From assembly GCA_965261395.1 (NCBI GenBank), contig OZ253462.1:2208001-2272000 (forward strand): DNA of 64,000 nucleotides. The letters are read 5' to 3'. Positions within the stretch are counted from its first letter, which is position 1. Every line of letters starts with the position of its first letter. Under the pieces are notes generated by a model that saw only the letters and a program-made list of their open reading frames with translations, made no database searches and was not told the DNA's origin. Below, piece by piece: positions 30,133 to 39,816 of the stretch. Origin of the DNA: Candidatus Latescibacterota bacterium (GTDB lineage: Bacteria > Latescibacterota > UBA2968 > UBA8231). The position numbers and the translations under genes are program-made.

Positions 30133-31638
30133 ATGTACAAGCTACTCTACATCCTGATCGCCCTGCCGTCGCTCGCTGGCCCAGCCCTAGGCGACAGCTA
30201 CACTTGGATCGCCCCACCCGGGCGCGGCCAACTCGAACAGGACCCAACGCTGATTCCCAAGGGCAAGGGCTTTCTCTTCGTGCCGACGATGTCCGGCTCC
30301 CTCAACGAGCCCAGTTTCCTCGTCTTACAGGGCAACAAACCCATCCGCGAAGCCGCCCCCGGCACCGGCGTGTTGCTCTCGCCCGGCAACTACGAATTGC
30401 TGGTCGGCTCGGGCACGGACATTCAGATGACGAGCCGCACCGTGCCGATCCAAGAGGGCATGACGACCCTGGTAAAGCCCTTCTGGGCCGGACTAGTCAT
30501 CAACGTCATGTCCGAGAACCGCACATCGATCAACGAATCCTATGAACTGTACCGGGAATCCTCGCAGGAAAACTACGGCCTCGGTTTTGGTGTCGAGGAG
30601 GAGCGAGGCGAAGCGGTCAAAACTTGGCTCCTGCCTCCAGGCGTTTACTCAGTAGTGCAAGTCGGCGACAACGTATTAACCACCCGCAAGTTTAGCGTCC
30701 GCTTAGAGCCGGGCGAGTTGGTCCAGCGCAACCTAGTAGTGGACACCAGTGACGATACCTTCATCGGCTTCTACCCCCCGGCTCAGCATGGCCTCCTCGC
30801 CCAAGTGGATGGCCCGCGTTGGAAGACCTCCCTTCAGTTAAGCGGCTCGCCCCGGCTGTCCACCTCGCAAAATAAAACCGGCGCAGATCGCTCGGTCCTC
30901 GCGCTCTCCGCTGAGATCTTCGGCAGCAGCATCTATAATACGGACCGCCACTACGCCAATCTGCGGCTGGACTTTGAAGAGGGTTTCACCCGCGAGGAGG
31001 GCGATGACTTCCGCAAGTCCGTCGATGAGTTTGAGGTCCGCGCTACATATATCTACCGGCTTTCCAAGCGAATCGGCCCCTATTTGCGCGGGGTGTTCAA
31101 CACCAAGCTATTCGCCGAGGAGGAACGCTTCGACCAGCCGCAGAGCCTGCTGATCCGCGACGGCAACCAGATCGAAGCCATGGCGGGCATTAGCGAATTT
31201 ACCCTCTCTCCGCCCTTCAGCCCCCTCGAACTGCGCCAAGGCATCGGCATCAACGCCCAGGTTATCAGCAGCTTTCCCCTGAACCTCGACATGCGCGTTG
31301 GTTTTGGGGCGCGTCAAAGCTATTTTACCGATACCTATGACCTAAACTCCTCCGGAACCACCGCCCGCAAGTTGGAGGACCAGACCGCCACCGGCTTGGA
31401 GGCCGTGCTGCTCCTCCGGTCGCGTTTTTCGCGATTCCCCAGCTTGGATTCGGAGTTTGACCTCCTTATCCCGGAGACGGCTACCGACACTTGGGAATTC
31501 ACTTGGGAAAACCGCTTGCGCTTGCCGCTGAGTCGCTTCATCAACATGGTCGTCGTCTTCGACTTCGAGCGCAAGCCGCCGGTCCAGCGGCTGCAATCTG
31601 AACAACAGGTCCTGCTGCGCCTCAACTATTTGCTATGA
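30133..31638 (+). CDS. Putative outer-membrane protein: N-terminal beta-sandwich domains plus C-terminal beta-barrel
   Basis: Signal peptide, alternating-residue strands in the C-terminal half, and an ending QQVLLRLNYLL that resembles a beta-signal. Confidence 0.6.
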   Translation: MYKLLYILIALPSLAGPALGDSYTWIAPPGRGQLEQDPTLIPKGKGFLFVPTMSGSLNEPSFLVLQGNKPIREAAPGTGVLLSPGNYELLVGSGTDIQMTSRTVPIQEGMTTLVKPFWAGLVINVMSENRTSINESYELYRESSQENYGLGFGVEEERGEAVKTWLLPPGVYSVVQVGDNVLTTRKFSVRLEPGELVQRNLVVDTSDDTFIGFYPPAQHGLLAQVDGPRWKTSLQLSGSPRLSTSQNKTGADRSVLALSAEIFGSSIYNTDRHYANLRLDFEEGFTREEGDDFRKSVDEFEVRATYIYRLSKRIGPYLRGVFNTKLFAEEERFDQPQSLLIRDGNQIEAMAGISEFTLSPPFSPLELRQGIGINAQVISSFPLNLDMRVGFGARQSYFTDTYDLNSSGTTARKLEDQTATGLEAVLLLRSRFSRFPSLDSEFDLLIPETATDTWEFTWENRLRLPLSRFINMVVVFDFERKPPVQRLQSEQQVLLRLNYLL

Positions 31639-32729
31639 CGTGGGTGCAGAGCGACGAACAGGGAATCGCGCTCGGGCGCGCGCTTTCGCTACACACTATC
31701 GGCGCGCTCGTTCCCCAAGTCCGCGATCTCATCGCCGAGCATCCGCGCTCCGCGCTCCGCGCTGACTTGCGCCAAGTCGAACACCTCGACACCGCGGGAG
31801 CCGTCTTCCTGCGCGGCTTGCCCGATCTCGCCCGCTCCTTGGACAAGGAACTCCGCCTCGATGGGCTACCCACCCACTTGCAGCCCGTTTTCGACTTTGC
31901 CACGCCCGCGCCGCCGCTTGAGCCGCCCGTGCCGCGCCGCGTCGCTCTTGAACGCCTCGGCGCGTGGGTCCGCGCTTGGGGCGTCCGCGCCGCTGATTTT
32001 CTCTACCTGATGGCCGACCTGAGCGTTTTCTCGGTCCTATCCCTGTTTCGCCGCGATCAGATCCGCCGGGGCAGCTTTGGCGAGCAAGCGTACGCGATTG
32101 GCGCGCAGGCCCTGCAAATCGTCGGACTGGTTCTCTTTCTCGTCGGCGCGGTTTCGGCCCTTCAGTCCGCGGCCCAGCTCCGCCAGTTCGGGGCCGATAT
32201 TTTCGTCGCCAACCTGCTGGGCATTGGCCTGACCCGCGAGTTGGGGCCGCTGATGACCGCGATCATGGTGTCTGGCCGCTCCGGGTCGGCCATTGCCGCC
32301 GAGATCGCCACCATGAAGTTCACCGAGGAATTGGACGCCTTGCAGACTATGGGGATCGACCCGCTGCGCTTTGTGGCCGTGCCCAAGCTGTGGGCCATGA
32401 TTGTCTGCATGCCGCTTTTGACGATCATGGCCGACTTTGTTGGCATCCTCGGCGGCACCTTCATCGGCATGGTGTCGCTGGACATCCCGGCTACTGTGTT
32501 TCTCAACCAAGTCTTCTCGTCGCTCTTCCTCAAGGACTTGCTCACCGGGCTGGTCAAAAGCGCGTCTTTTGCGTGGCTTATCACGATCATCTCGGTTTAC
32601 CACGGCCTCAATTTCAGCGGCGGGGCCGAAGGCGTCGGCCGGGCAACGACCTCGGCGGTCGTGTCGTCGCTGTTCGGCATCATTGTCCTCGACGCTTTTT
32701 GGGGCATTGTCTTTTATTTCAAATGGTGA
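31635..32729 (+). CDS. mlaE: MlaE-family ABC permease with N-terminal STAS (MlaB-like) domain
   Basis: VEHLDTAGAVFL (STAS), RELGPLMTAIMVSGRSGSAIAAEIATMK, GVGRATTSAVV. Confidence 0.9.
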   Translation: MTWVQSDEQGIALGRALSLHTIGALVPQVRDLIAEHPRSALRADLRQVEHLDTAGAVFLRGLPDLARSLDKELRLDGLPTHLQPVFDFATPAPPLEPPVPRRVALERLGAWVRAWGVRAADFLYLMADLSVFSVLSLFRRDQIRRGSFGEQAYAIGAQALQIVGLVLFLVGAVSALQSAAQLRQFGADIFVANLLGIGLTRELGPLMTAIMVSGRSGSAIAAEIATMKFTEELDALQTMGIDPLRFVAVPKLWAMIVCMPLLTIMADFVGILGGTFIGMVSLDIPATVFLNQVFSSLFLKDLLTGLVKSASFAWLITIISVYHGLNFSGGAEGVGRATTSAVVSSLFGIIVLDAFWGIVFYFKW

Positions 32730-33469
32730 CCCACGCCATCGACATCCAAGACCTCTGCGTGTCCTACGGCGAGACGGCCGTCCTGCGCGGGATTGACGCG
32801 CACGTGGATGAGGGGGAAATCGCCGTCGTGCTCGGTGGCAGCGGCTGCGGCAAGAGCACCTTGCTCAAGGCGATCATCGGCTTGGTGCAACCCGCCTCGG
32901 GCCGCGTCGAAATCCTCGGCCAAGACGCGACGGCCCTCGGCGAGGAAGAGCTGGCGGCCCTGCGCAAGCGGTTGGGCGTGATGTTTCAATACGGCGCGCT
33001 GCTCAACTCGTTGACGGTTGAGCAAAACGTCGCCCTGCCCTTGGAAATGCACACGGACCTAGAGCCGGCCCTGATTGGGGAGATCGCGCGCACTCGGCTC
33101 GCCTCGGTGGGCTTAGGGCACGCTTGCGACCGCTATCCAGGCGAGTTGTCGGGCGGGATGCGCAAACGCGCCGCTCTCGCACGGGCCATGGTCATGGACC
33201 CGGAGATTCTCTTCTGCGACGAGCCGGGCGCGGGCCTTGACCCGGTCACCGCCGCCGAAATCGACGCGCTGCTCCTCACGCTCAACCGCGAGCTGGGCAT
33301 CACCCTCGCCATTGTCACCCACGAGTTGCTCAGCATCGAGCGGCTCGACGGCCGTCTAATCATGCTCGACCAAGGTCTCGTAGCATTTACCGGCACGGTT
33401 GCCGAGGCCAAGTGCTCGGAGCATCCGGTCGTCCGCTCTTTCTTTCACCCATCCGATTCGTCCGCATGA
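32723..33469 (+). CDS. mlaF: MlaF-family ABC ATP-binding protein
   Basis: GGSGCGKS, FQYGAL, LSGGMRKR, DEPGAGLDP. Start MVTHAI at 32723. Confidence 0.9.
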   Translation: MVTHAIDIQDLCVSYGETAVLRGIDAHVDEGEIAVVLGGSGCGKSTLLKAIIGLVQPASGRVEILGQDATALGEEELAALRKRLGVMFQYGALLNSLTVEQNVALPLEMHTDLEPALIGEIARTRLASVGLGHACDRYPGELSGGMRKRAALARAMVMDPEILFCDEPGAGLDPVTAAEIDALLLTLNRELGITLAIVTHELLSIERLDGRLIMLDQGLVAFTGTVAEAKCSEHPVVRSFFHPSDSSA

Positions 33470-33942
33470 AAACCATCATCATCGCCGCCCTGAGCGAGAA
33501 CAGGGTCATTGGCCGCGACAATGCCATCCCGTGGCACTGCCCGGCCGACATGCAGCACTTCCGCCGCGTCACTCGGGGCCAAGCGGTCGTGGCTGGCCGC
33601 AAAACCTACGAGACCTTTCAGACGCGTCCCTTGCCCCAGCGCCTCAACTTCGTCCTCACCCGCAATCCGGCTTACGCGGTCGCCGAGGGCGTAGTTGTTT
33701 GCGCGAGCTTGGCCGAGGTTTTGCAGCGCGCCCGTGCCCACGGCAGCGAAAAACTCTTCGTACTCGGGGGTGCCCAAGTCTATGCGCAGGCCCTGCCCTT
33801 GGCCGACGAAATGATTCTGACGCACCTGCCCATCGAAGTCGAAGGCGACGCGTACTTTCCGGCGTGGGACGAAAGCGAATGGGAGGTGTCGAAAAGGCGC
33901 AGCGAAGGCGAGCTGATATTTGCGAACTATCGCCGCCGCTGA
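33466..33942 (+). CDS. folA: Dihydrofolate reductase
   Basis: VIGRDNAIPWH, GRKTYE, RPLPQRLN, GGAQVY, GDAYFP. Confidence 0.93.
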   Translation: MKTIIIAALSENRVIGRDNAIPWHCPADMQHFRRVTRGQAVVAGRKTYETFQTRPLPQRLNFVLTRNPAYAVAEGVVVCASLAEVLQRARAHGSEKLFVLGGAQVYAQALPLADEMILTHLPIEVEGDAYFPAWDESEWEVSKRRSEGELIFANYRRR

Positions 33943-33982
33943 GTTAGAATTTTCACCCCAAACCTCTAAGAGAAGGCAGATC

Positions 33983-35167
33983 ATGTTTCAACAGTTAGCA
34001 ATGGCGCCTGCCGACCCCATTATGGGGCTGAGCGCGGAGTTCAAGAGCAACGCGAATCCAAACAAAATCAACCTCAGCGTTGGCGTCTATCAGGATGCGA
34101 GCGGCCAGACGCCGGTTTTGGCTGCGGTGCAAACGGCGCAGGAGCGCGTCTTGGCCGCGGAAAAGACCAAGAGCTATCTGAGCATTGAGGGCAGCGCGGA
34201 ATACGGTGCTGCCGTGCGGGAGCTAATTTTGGGCGTCGGGCACGAGGCGGCTGAACGCGCCATCACTGTGCAAAGCCCCGGTGGCACCGGAGCCTTGCGT
34301 CTAGCTGGCGATTTCCTCGCTCAGAATCTAGGCGACCGGTCCCTGTGGATAAGCGAGCCGACTTGGGCCAATCACCCCAAAATCTTTGCCTCAGCCGGCC
34401 TACGGGTCGAGACCTATCCCTATTTCGACGCCCGTGCCAACCGCATCGACGCCGACGCCTTGCTCGCCGCACTCGAGCAAATACCCTCCGGCCACGTAGT
34501 GCTGCTGCACGGCTGTTGCCACAACCCCACCGGCTGCGACCCCACCCCAGACACTTGGCGGCAGATCGCTGAGGTCGTCGCCGAGCGCGGCCTGTTGCCC
34601 TTAGTGGATTTTGCCTATCAGGGGTTTGGCGATGGGTTATGCGAGGACGCGATAGGCCTGCGGGCACTCTGCGACACCGGCTGCGAGCTGCTCGTGGCCA
34701 GTTCCTTTTCCAAAAACTTTGGCCTGTACAACGAGCGCGTCGGTGCTCTGACTTTGATCGGCGCGGACGCTGAGGTCGCACTTAGAGCCTTGAGCCACCT
34801 CAAAATCGCCGCGCGCACCAGTTATTCCAATCCCCCGGCCCACGGCGCGGCCATGGTCCGCGAAGTCCTTGGCGACTCAGGGCTGCGCCGCCAGTGGGAA
34901 GGCGAATTGGCGCAGATGAGCGAGCGGATCAATCGCGTGCGCCAACGCCTCGTCGCTCGGCTCAGCGAGCAGGGCGTGGAGCGCGACTTTTCGTTTATCA
35001 AGCGGCAGCGGGGGATGTTCTCTTTCTCGGGCTTGAACGCCGAGCAGGTCGAGGTGCTGCGAGAACAGTACGCGATCTACATCGTAGCGGGAGGGCGCAT
35101 CAACGTCGCCGGCCTGACGGAGGACAACCTCGATTACTTCTGCGCCGCGGTGGCTGCTGTCTTGTAG
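33983..35167 (+). CDS. aspC: Aspartate/aromatic amino acid aminotransferase (AspC/TyrB family)
   Basis: APADPIMG, KINLSVGVY, HGCCHNPTG, DFAYQGF, SFSKNFGLYNERVG, GRINVAG. Confidence 0.93.
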   Translation: MFQQLAMAPADPIMGLSAEFKSNANPNKINLSVGVYQDASGQTPVLAAVQTAQERVLAAEKTKSYLSIEGSAEYGAAVRELILGVGHEAAERAITVQSPGGTGALRLAGDFLAQNLGDRSLWISEPTWANHPKIFASAGLRVETYPYFDARANRIDADALLAALEQIPSGHVVLLHGCCHNPTGCDPTPDTWRQIAEVVAERGLLPLVDFAYQGFGDGLCEDAIGLRALCDTGCELLVASSFSKNFGLYNERVGALTLIGADAEVALRALSHLKIAARTSYSNPPAHGAAMVREVLGDSGLRRQWEGELAQMSERINRVRQRLVARLSEQGVERDFSFIKRQRGMFSFSGLNAEQVEVLREQYAIYIVAGGRINVAGLTEDNLDYFCAAVAAVL

Positions 35168-35191
35168 GGGCGACCGGCCGGTCGCCCCTAC
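35164..35191. repeat. Perfect 28-bp GTAG-class REP palindrome
   Basis: GTAGGGGCGACCGGCCGGTCGCCCCTAC between convergent genes. Confidence 0.85.
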
Positions 35192-36252
35192 TGCACGGAG
35201 AAACTCAGGGCGCGCACCAGTACCGGGGTGCCGGTGAGGATTTCCGCTTGGCTCGACAGGGTGTTGCCGTCGTCGTACACCATGGTCTCTGGCCGGCCTA
35301 GGGAAATGTCATCGTCGCCGCGCAAGACCGCGATGGGTTCGGGGTGCTGGAGAAATTCGATCAGTGCTGCATCGAGCATTTCCAGCCCGGTGAAGCGGTC
35401 GATTTGCCCTTCTCGCACCAGCGTGGCGAACTGCTCGTAAAACGGCGCGGCGTTTTCGGCCAATAGCTGCGGGCCGGCGAGGAAGTACAGGGTATAGACT
35501 TGATCGATTTCGTTGAAGGTGATCCAATTGTTCTCGCCGGGGCCGTATTCCACGATGTCCGAATAGACGAATTGTTCGTCAAATAAGGTTTCTAACGCGC
35601 CGTCAGAACTGCACAGAAAGGCGTGGACTTCGGCGTCTCGGCTTAGCTTGAAGCGCAGTTGCAGTTGGTCGCCTTGCTGCAATTGCACGCCCTCTGCCAG
35701 CTCGACGACCTGGGCGACGCCTCCTTCTTCGCGCTTGGCAATCAGGTGCAAATCTACTTCAATCGGCCCATGGCTCGTGCCGGTTACAAGCTGGCGTGAG
35801 GCGAGCTCATGGCGCACGTCCCGTTCCAAGATGCGGGTGGTGCGAGTTGCCACTAGCTCGCCGCTTTTCCGCTCGACTAAAAACATCCGCACATACATCC
35901 ACGGGGTATCCGCTTCGAGCCGTCCGCCCAACGCGAGTGCGGCGCGCCCCCCTTGCTTTAGGCCCACCAATTCCTCGTTGCGCCACCGCTTCCCGGTCGT
36001 ATCGACCAGCCCCACTGCAACCTCGGCCTTCATCAGCGCGGACAGCAAATAATCGTTGAGTACCTTGGTCTGCTCGGTCTGCACGCCAGCGGGGTCGCGC
36101 AAGCCCAGCCAGTCAACCTCGCCCTCCCGAGCCTCGACGATTGCCACGAGGTCTTGAGCCGCAGTCGCTAGTTGACGGCTTTGCTCGCGCCCGCCGATAA
36201 AGGGCACACAGCCGCCAAGCGAGAGGATGAGCGCAATTACTAGCCCAGCCAT
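35188..36252 (-). CDS. Putative lipoprotein with DUF4384-like domain
   Basis: Lipobox LGGC and LQQGDQLQLRFKLSRDAEVHAF, which is DUF4384-like. Confidence 0.65.
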   Translation of the reverse strand: MAGLVIALILSLGGCVPFIGGREQSRQLATAAQDLVAIVEAREGEVDWLGLRDPAGVQTEQTKVLNDYLLSALMKAEVAVGLVDTTGKRWRNEELVGLKQGGRAALALGGRLEADTPWMYVRMFLVERKSGELVATRTTRILERDVRHELASRQLVTGTSHGPIEVDLHLIAKREEGGVAQVVELAEGVQLQQGDQLQLRFKLSRDAEVHAFLCSSDGALETLFDEQFVYSDIVEYGPGENNWITFNEIDQVYTLYFLAGPQLLAENAAPFYEQFATLVREGQIDRFTGLEMLDAALIEFLQHPEPIAVLRGDDDISLGRPETMVYDDGNTLSSQAEILTGTPVLVRALSFSVQ

Positions 36253-36253
36253 T

Positions 36254-37960
36254 TCACTTTTCCAGCCGCCGCAAAACGGGCAATAGCATATCCTCGGCCA
36301 CGCGCTCCCAACTCATCTGCTGGGCCGCCGCATAGCCTTCGGCAAGCAATCTTTTGCGACCGGATTCGCCCGCAGACAACTGGCTGGCCAAGGCGCTGGC
36401 TACCACTTGGCTTTGCAATGCTTCGGCCTGTGTGCGTTCCCGCACTCCAATCGGTTGGCCGACGCGGTCGGCCTCGTCGATCTGGGTATAGGCTCCCTCG
36501 ATAAAGCTGCCCAACCCCGCCTCGCTGGCTGCCTGGCGCACAAAGCCGCGGCAACCGCACACATCGCTGACCACGCTGATGGTGCCAGAGCTTAAGCACT
36601 CGACTTGGGAGATGCCGAAAGGCTCGTAAATCGACTGCCCGAACTCCACGTCGCTGCCTCGGCGCAAGTCGGCAAACTCCGCATTGGCCGGCAGGAACGC
36701 GCAGCTTTGCTGGTCCCAGCCGAATTGGTTGACGAAAAGCGCCTTGACGGCGCGCGTGCGCGCATTAAAGGCGCGGACTAAAAGGTCGAATTTTAGTTCG
36801 CCGCTGCTGAGGTCGCTCCCCCCCTCGCGGTGAACTAGCGGCCAACCGTAAGCGGCCATGCGCTGGACGGCCTCGGGATCGCGGCGGCCAGTCTCGGTCG
36901 CTAATGCGATAAAAAGCGCCCGTTGCCCCTGCTCCCACAGGTGGTGATCCAAGTGTTCAAGCACCAGCAAATCGCGCCACAACCCTTTGCTCTCGACTAG
37001 GCGCGCGACGTGCGTGAAGACTAGATCTGGGGTCCAACCCAAGAGCGCGGCCCCGCTGGCCTGCACCTTTTCCCGCGCTGCTTCCCGCTCGACAGTAGAC
37101 AGCTCGACGGCTGGCACTCCGTTATATACGAGGTCGATGGGACGAGCGGCGAATTCCGGCCCGAGAAAGCGCAGCTCGTCCTCCACCCAATCGCCGACGG
37201 CGAGGACTGCGTCGAGACGCCAGGCTTGGCTGACGAGGGCGTGTTTGAAATAGCCGTCTTGGGGGCCGAATAGCTCGTCGATGTACTGGCCGTTTGCTCG
37301 CGCTTGGCGCAGCGCATTGTAAAAGGCAATGTCGCGCCCGGGCCGCTCCTCCACCAAGGGCCGCACGGTGGCCACTTCGTGCGCGTAGAACAGGGTCTTA
37401 CACGCCGCATCGCTCATCAGGGCCTTAAAGGCGGTACCTAGCCCCATGAATTCATGCGCCAACAGCAAGAAGGGCGCGTCTCCGACTAGGAAGCACACGG
37501 CCGCGAAGCCCGGCCCGGCCAAGCGCATGTATTGCTCGTATTCCCAGTGCTGTTCGTAGCGGTGCGATTCGAGGCCAAAGTGGAGGAATAGGTCGCGTTT
37601 GAATTCATTCAGTCGCTGAGGCGGGCGGCTTACATCCACTAGCAGAACTTCTGGCGAGGCTTGGTGCCCGTCTTGGGTCAGCAAGCGTCGGCCATAGACC
37701 AATCGCACGCCAAACTCCCGCTCGACCGCACTGAGTCGGTCGGCGACATTGGCGTCGCGGATGCTGCGGCTGGCGTCGTAGAGGATCTCGCCGTCCGGGC
37801 CGAGCGGTTGGGCACTGTCTGGATCGGTTAAGGGGCCGAGCAGGATCGTGCGCTGGCAATGGGCTTGGTAGCTGCGGGCTGTGATCAGACCGCGCAGGAC
37901 CGTGCCGATTCCACCGGCTTGCTGCACGGCTTCGTGCGTGACGTGGACGAGCGTGGCCAT
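36254..37960 (-). CDS. Glycogen-synthase-like (GT3-type) glycosyltransferase
   Basis: VTHEAVQQAGGIGTVL, AHEFMG, YNGV, SIYEPFGISQVEC. Confidence 0.75.
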   Translation of the reverse strand: MATLVHVTHEAVQQAGGIGTVLRGLITARSYQAHCQRTILLGPLTDPDSAQPLGPDGEILYDASRSIRDANVADRLSAVEREFGVRLVYGRRLLTQDGHQASPEVLLVDVSRPPQRLNEFKRDLFLHFGLESHRYEQHWEYEQYMRLAGPGFAAVCFLVGDAPFLLLAHEFMGLGTAFKALMSDAACKTLFYAHEVATVRPLVEERPGRDIAFYNALRQARANGQYIDELFGPQDGYFKHALVSQAWRLDAVLAVGDWVEDELRFLGPEFAARPIDLVYNGVPAVELSTVEREAAREKVQASGAALLGWTPDLVFTHVARLVESKGLWRDLLVLEHLDHHLWEQGQRALFIALATETGRRDPEAVQRMAAYGWPLVHREGGSDLSSGELKFDLLVRAFNARTRAVKALFVNQFGWDQQSCAFLPANAEFADLRRGSDVEFGQSIYEPFGISQVECLSSGTISVVSDVCGCRGFVRQAASEAGLGSFIEGAYTQIDEADRVGQPIGVRERTQAEALQSQVVASALASQLSAGESGRKRLLAEGYAAAQQMSWERVAEDMLLPVLRRLEK

Positions 37961-38071
37961 ACTAAAAAACATAGATCGCCGGGCATTTTCTGTCTAATGT
38001 CAGCAGTGCGACCAGACTTTGCGTACATTTTTCAAACTCTGTGAACCAGCAACTTTCTTTTGGGAAACAAA

Positions 38072-38941
38072 ATGGTCACAAACTGCTCCGCTCCACTGCC
38101 CTCCGCCGCGTATGACCAGCTCATCGACCTAGCCTTGCGAGAAGACCTCGGTGCCGTAGATGTAGAAGCCGATCTGACCGCTGCTTGGACCGTGGCGGGC
38201 GATGCCGAAGCTCGCGCTCGCATCATCGCCCGCCAAACCGGCGTCGTCGCGGGCATCGAGGTTGCCCGCGCGGTCTTTGCTCGTCTCGACGGGAGCATTG
38301 CTGTGTGCGCCGAAGTCGCCGACGGGGACAAGGTCGCAGCAGGCCAGACCCTCGTCCGCTTGCAGGGCCGCGCGCGCGCGCTCTTGGCTGGGGAGCGCAC
38401 TGCGCTCAATTTCTTGCAACAGCTTTCGGGCGTGGCCACCCTGACCCAGTGCTATGTGGAGGCCCTAGCCGGCACGGCCACGCGCATCACCGACACCCGC
38501 AAAACTACCCCAGGCTGGCGGCACTTACAGAAGTGGGCCGTGCGCATGGGCGGCGGCGTCAATCACCGCATGGGCCTGTACGACGCCGTGTTGATCAAGG
38601 AAAACCACGCCGCAGCCGCTGGCGGCGTCAGCGCTGCCATCCGCGAGGCACGGGGCCAAGCAGCGCCGATCTACGTGGAAGCCGAAAATATCGGGGAGGT
38701 CGAGGAGGCTCTTGCGGGCGGCCCGGACCGCATCCTGCTCGACAACATGGACGCACCGACCCTGCGCCGGGCCGTAGCGCTCATCCGCGCCGCCAATCCC
38801 GCCATTGAGATTGAGGCCACCGGCGGTTATACCTTGGCGACCGTGCGCGAGGCTGCGGCCGCCGGTGTGGACCTCGTCTCGATCGGTGCCCTGACGCATT
38901 CGGCACCGGCGTTGGATCTGAGCATGCTTTTTGAGAAATAA
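38072..38941 (+). CDS. nadC: Nicotinate-nucleotide diphosphorylase (carboxylating)
   Basis: GERTALNFLQ, DTRKTTPG, HRMGLYDAVLIKENH, ILLDNM, SIGALTHS. Confidence 0.95.
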   Translation: MVTNCSAPLPSAAYDQLIDLALREDLGAVDVEADLTAAWTVAGDAEARARIIARQTGVVAGIEVARAVFARLDGSIAVCAEVADGDKVAAGQTLVRLQGRARALLAGERTALNFLQQLSGVATLTQCYVEALAGTATRITDTRKTTPGWRHLQKWAVRMGGGVNHRMGLYDAVLIKENHAAAAGGVSAAIREARGQAAPIYVEAENIGEVEEALAGGPDRILLDNMDAPTLRRAVALIRAANPAIEIEATGGYTLATVREAAAAGVDLVSIGALTHSAPALDLSMLFEK

Positions 38942-38972
38942 AAGCGAACTGATACTACATTTTTGCAGAGCG

Positions 38973-39446
38973 CTAATCGTCCCGCCATTTGCAATAGGGA
39001 TTGCGCACGAGATTGGCGTTGTAATAGCGTGGATCGTCCGATACTTCGACGCCGGCCCAAGGCGGTTTCTCCACAGCCTCATCTTGGCTACTCAGCTCGA
39101 CTTCGGCGAGCACCAACCCCTCATTTTCTCCAGAAAACACGTCGATGGACCAAACCCTGCCCGCCCAAGACAAGGTGTAGCGCGTCTTTTCGATATGGGG
39201 CCGCTGGCACAGGGTTGCTAGGATGCTCTCGGCGTCTTGGCGCGGGATTTCGTATTCGTACTCGCGGCGCGCGATGCCGCTAGTTGGCCCCTTGAGCGTG
39301 AGTACCGCTCGCTCGCCTTCAATCCGCACGCGCACCACGCCTTCGTCTTGGATGGGAATATAGCCCTGCCGGAAGGCGACGCCTTCTAACTGGTCGAGGC
39401 AAGAGCGGTCGGCCACGAGATACTTGCGCTCGATTTCCCAGGGCAT
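38973..39446 (-). CDS. CYTH domain protein (triphosphate tunnel metalloenzyme)
   Basis: EIERKYL, VRVRI, LTLKG, EYEYEIP, IEKTRY, AEVEL. Confidence 0.92.
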   Translation of the reverse strand: MPWEIERKYLVADRSCLDQLEGVAFRQGYIPIQDEGVVRVRIEGERAVLTLKGPTSGIARREYEYEIPRQDAESILATLCQRPHIEKTRYTLSWAGRVWSIDVFSGENEGLVLAEVELSSQDEAVEKPPWAGVEVSDDPRYYNANLVRNPYCKWRDD

Positions 39447-39486
39447 CGCTCGTCTCCCCAATTTGTCTCACATACTACCGATATGG

Positions 39487-39816
39487 TCATGGCGTGTGCT
39501 CTTCTACGTGCTTGGCCAAGCCGCGGGCTAAGTCGCCGCGTAAAACGCCGATCACTTGGGCGTCCTCGCGGCCAAAGCTCTGAGTCAGCACTTCCATTAC
39601 CTGTACTTGAAAGACGCGCGTACCTCCGTGCTCCAAGCGAGCCAGTTCGCGCAGCGTCCGCTGGGCAAGGTCGCTGCTGGCAAAGACAAAGGCCAACCCC
39701 TTGGCGCGGCGCACGGCCGACAGGCCGACGACCGTGGCCCCAGAGCGGCAGCCGATCCCCAAAAGCGCGGACAGTTGCGCGGTTGGGTTGAGGCGGGGCA
39801 GTACCTGCTCAGACAA
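39487..39816 (-). CDS. L7Ae/L30e-family (YlxQ-like) RNA-binding protein
   Basis: LLGIGCRSGATVVG..V, FASSDLA, L..SFGR..AQVIGV...LARGL pattern. Confidence 0.65.
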   Translation of the reverse strand: MSEQVLPRLNPTAQLSALLGIGCRSGATVVGLSAVRRAKGLAFVFASSDLAQRTLRELARLEHGGTRVFQVQVMEVLTQSFGREDAQVIGVLRGDLARGLAKHVEEHTP

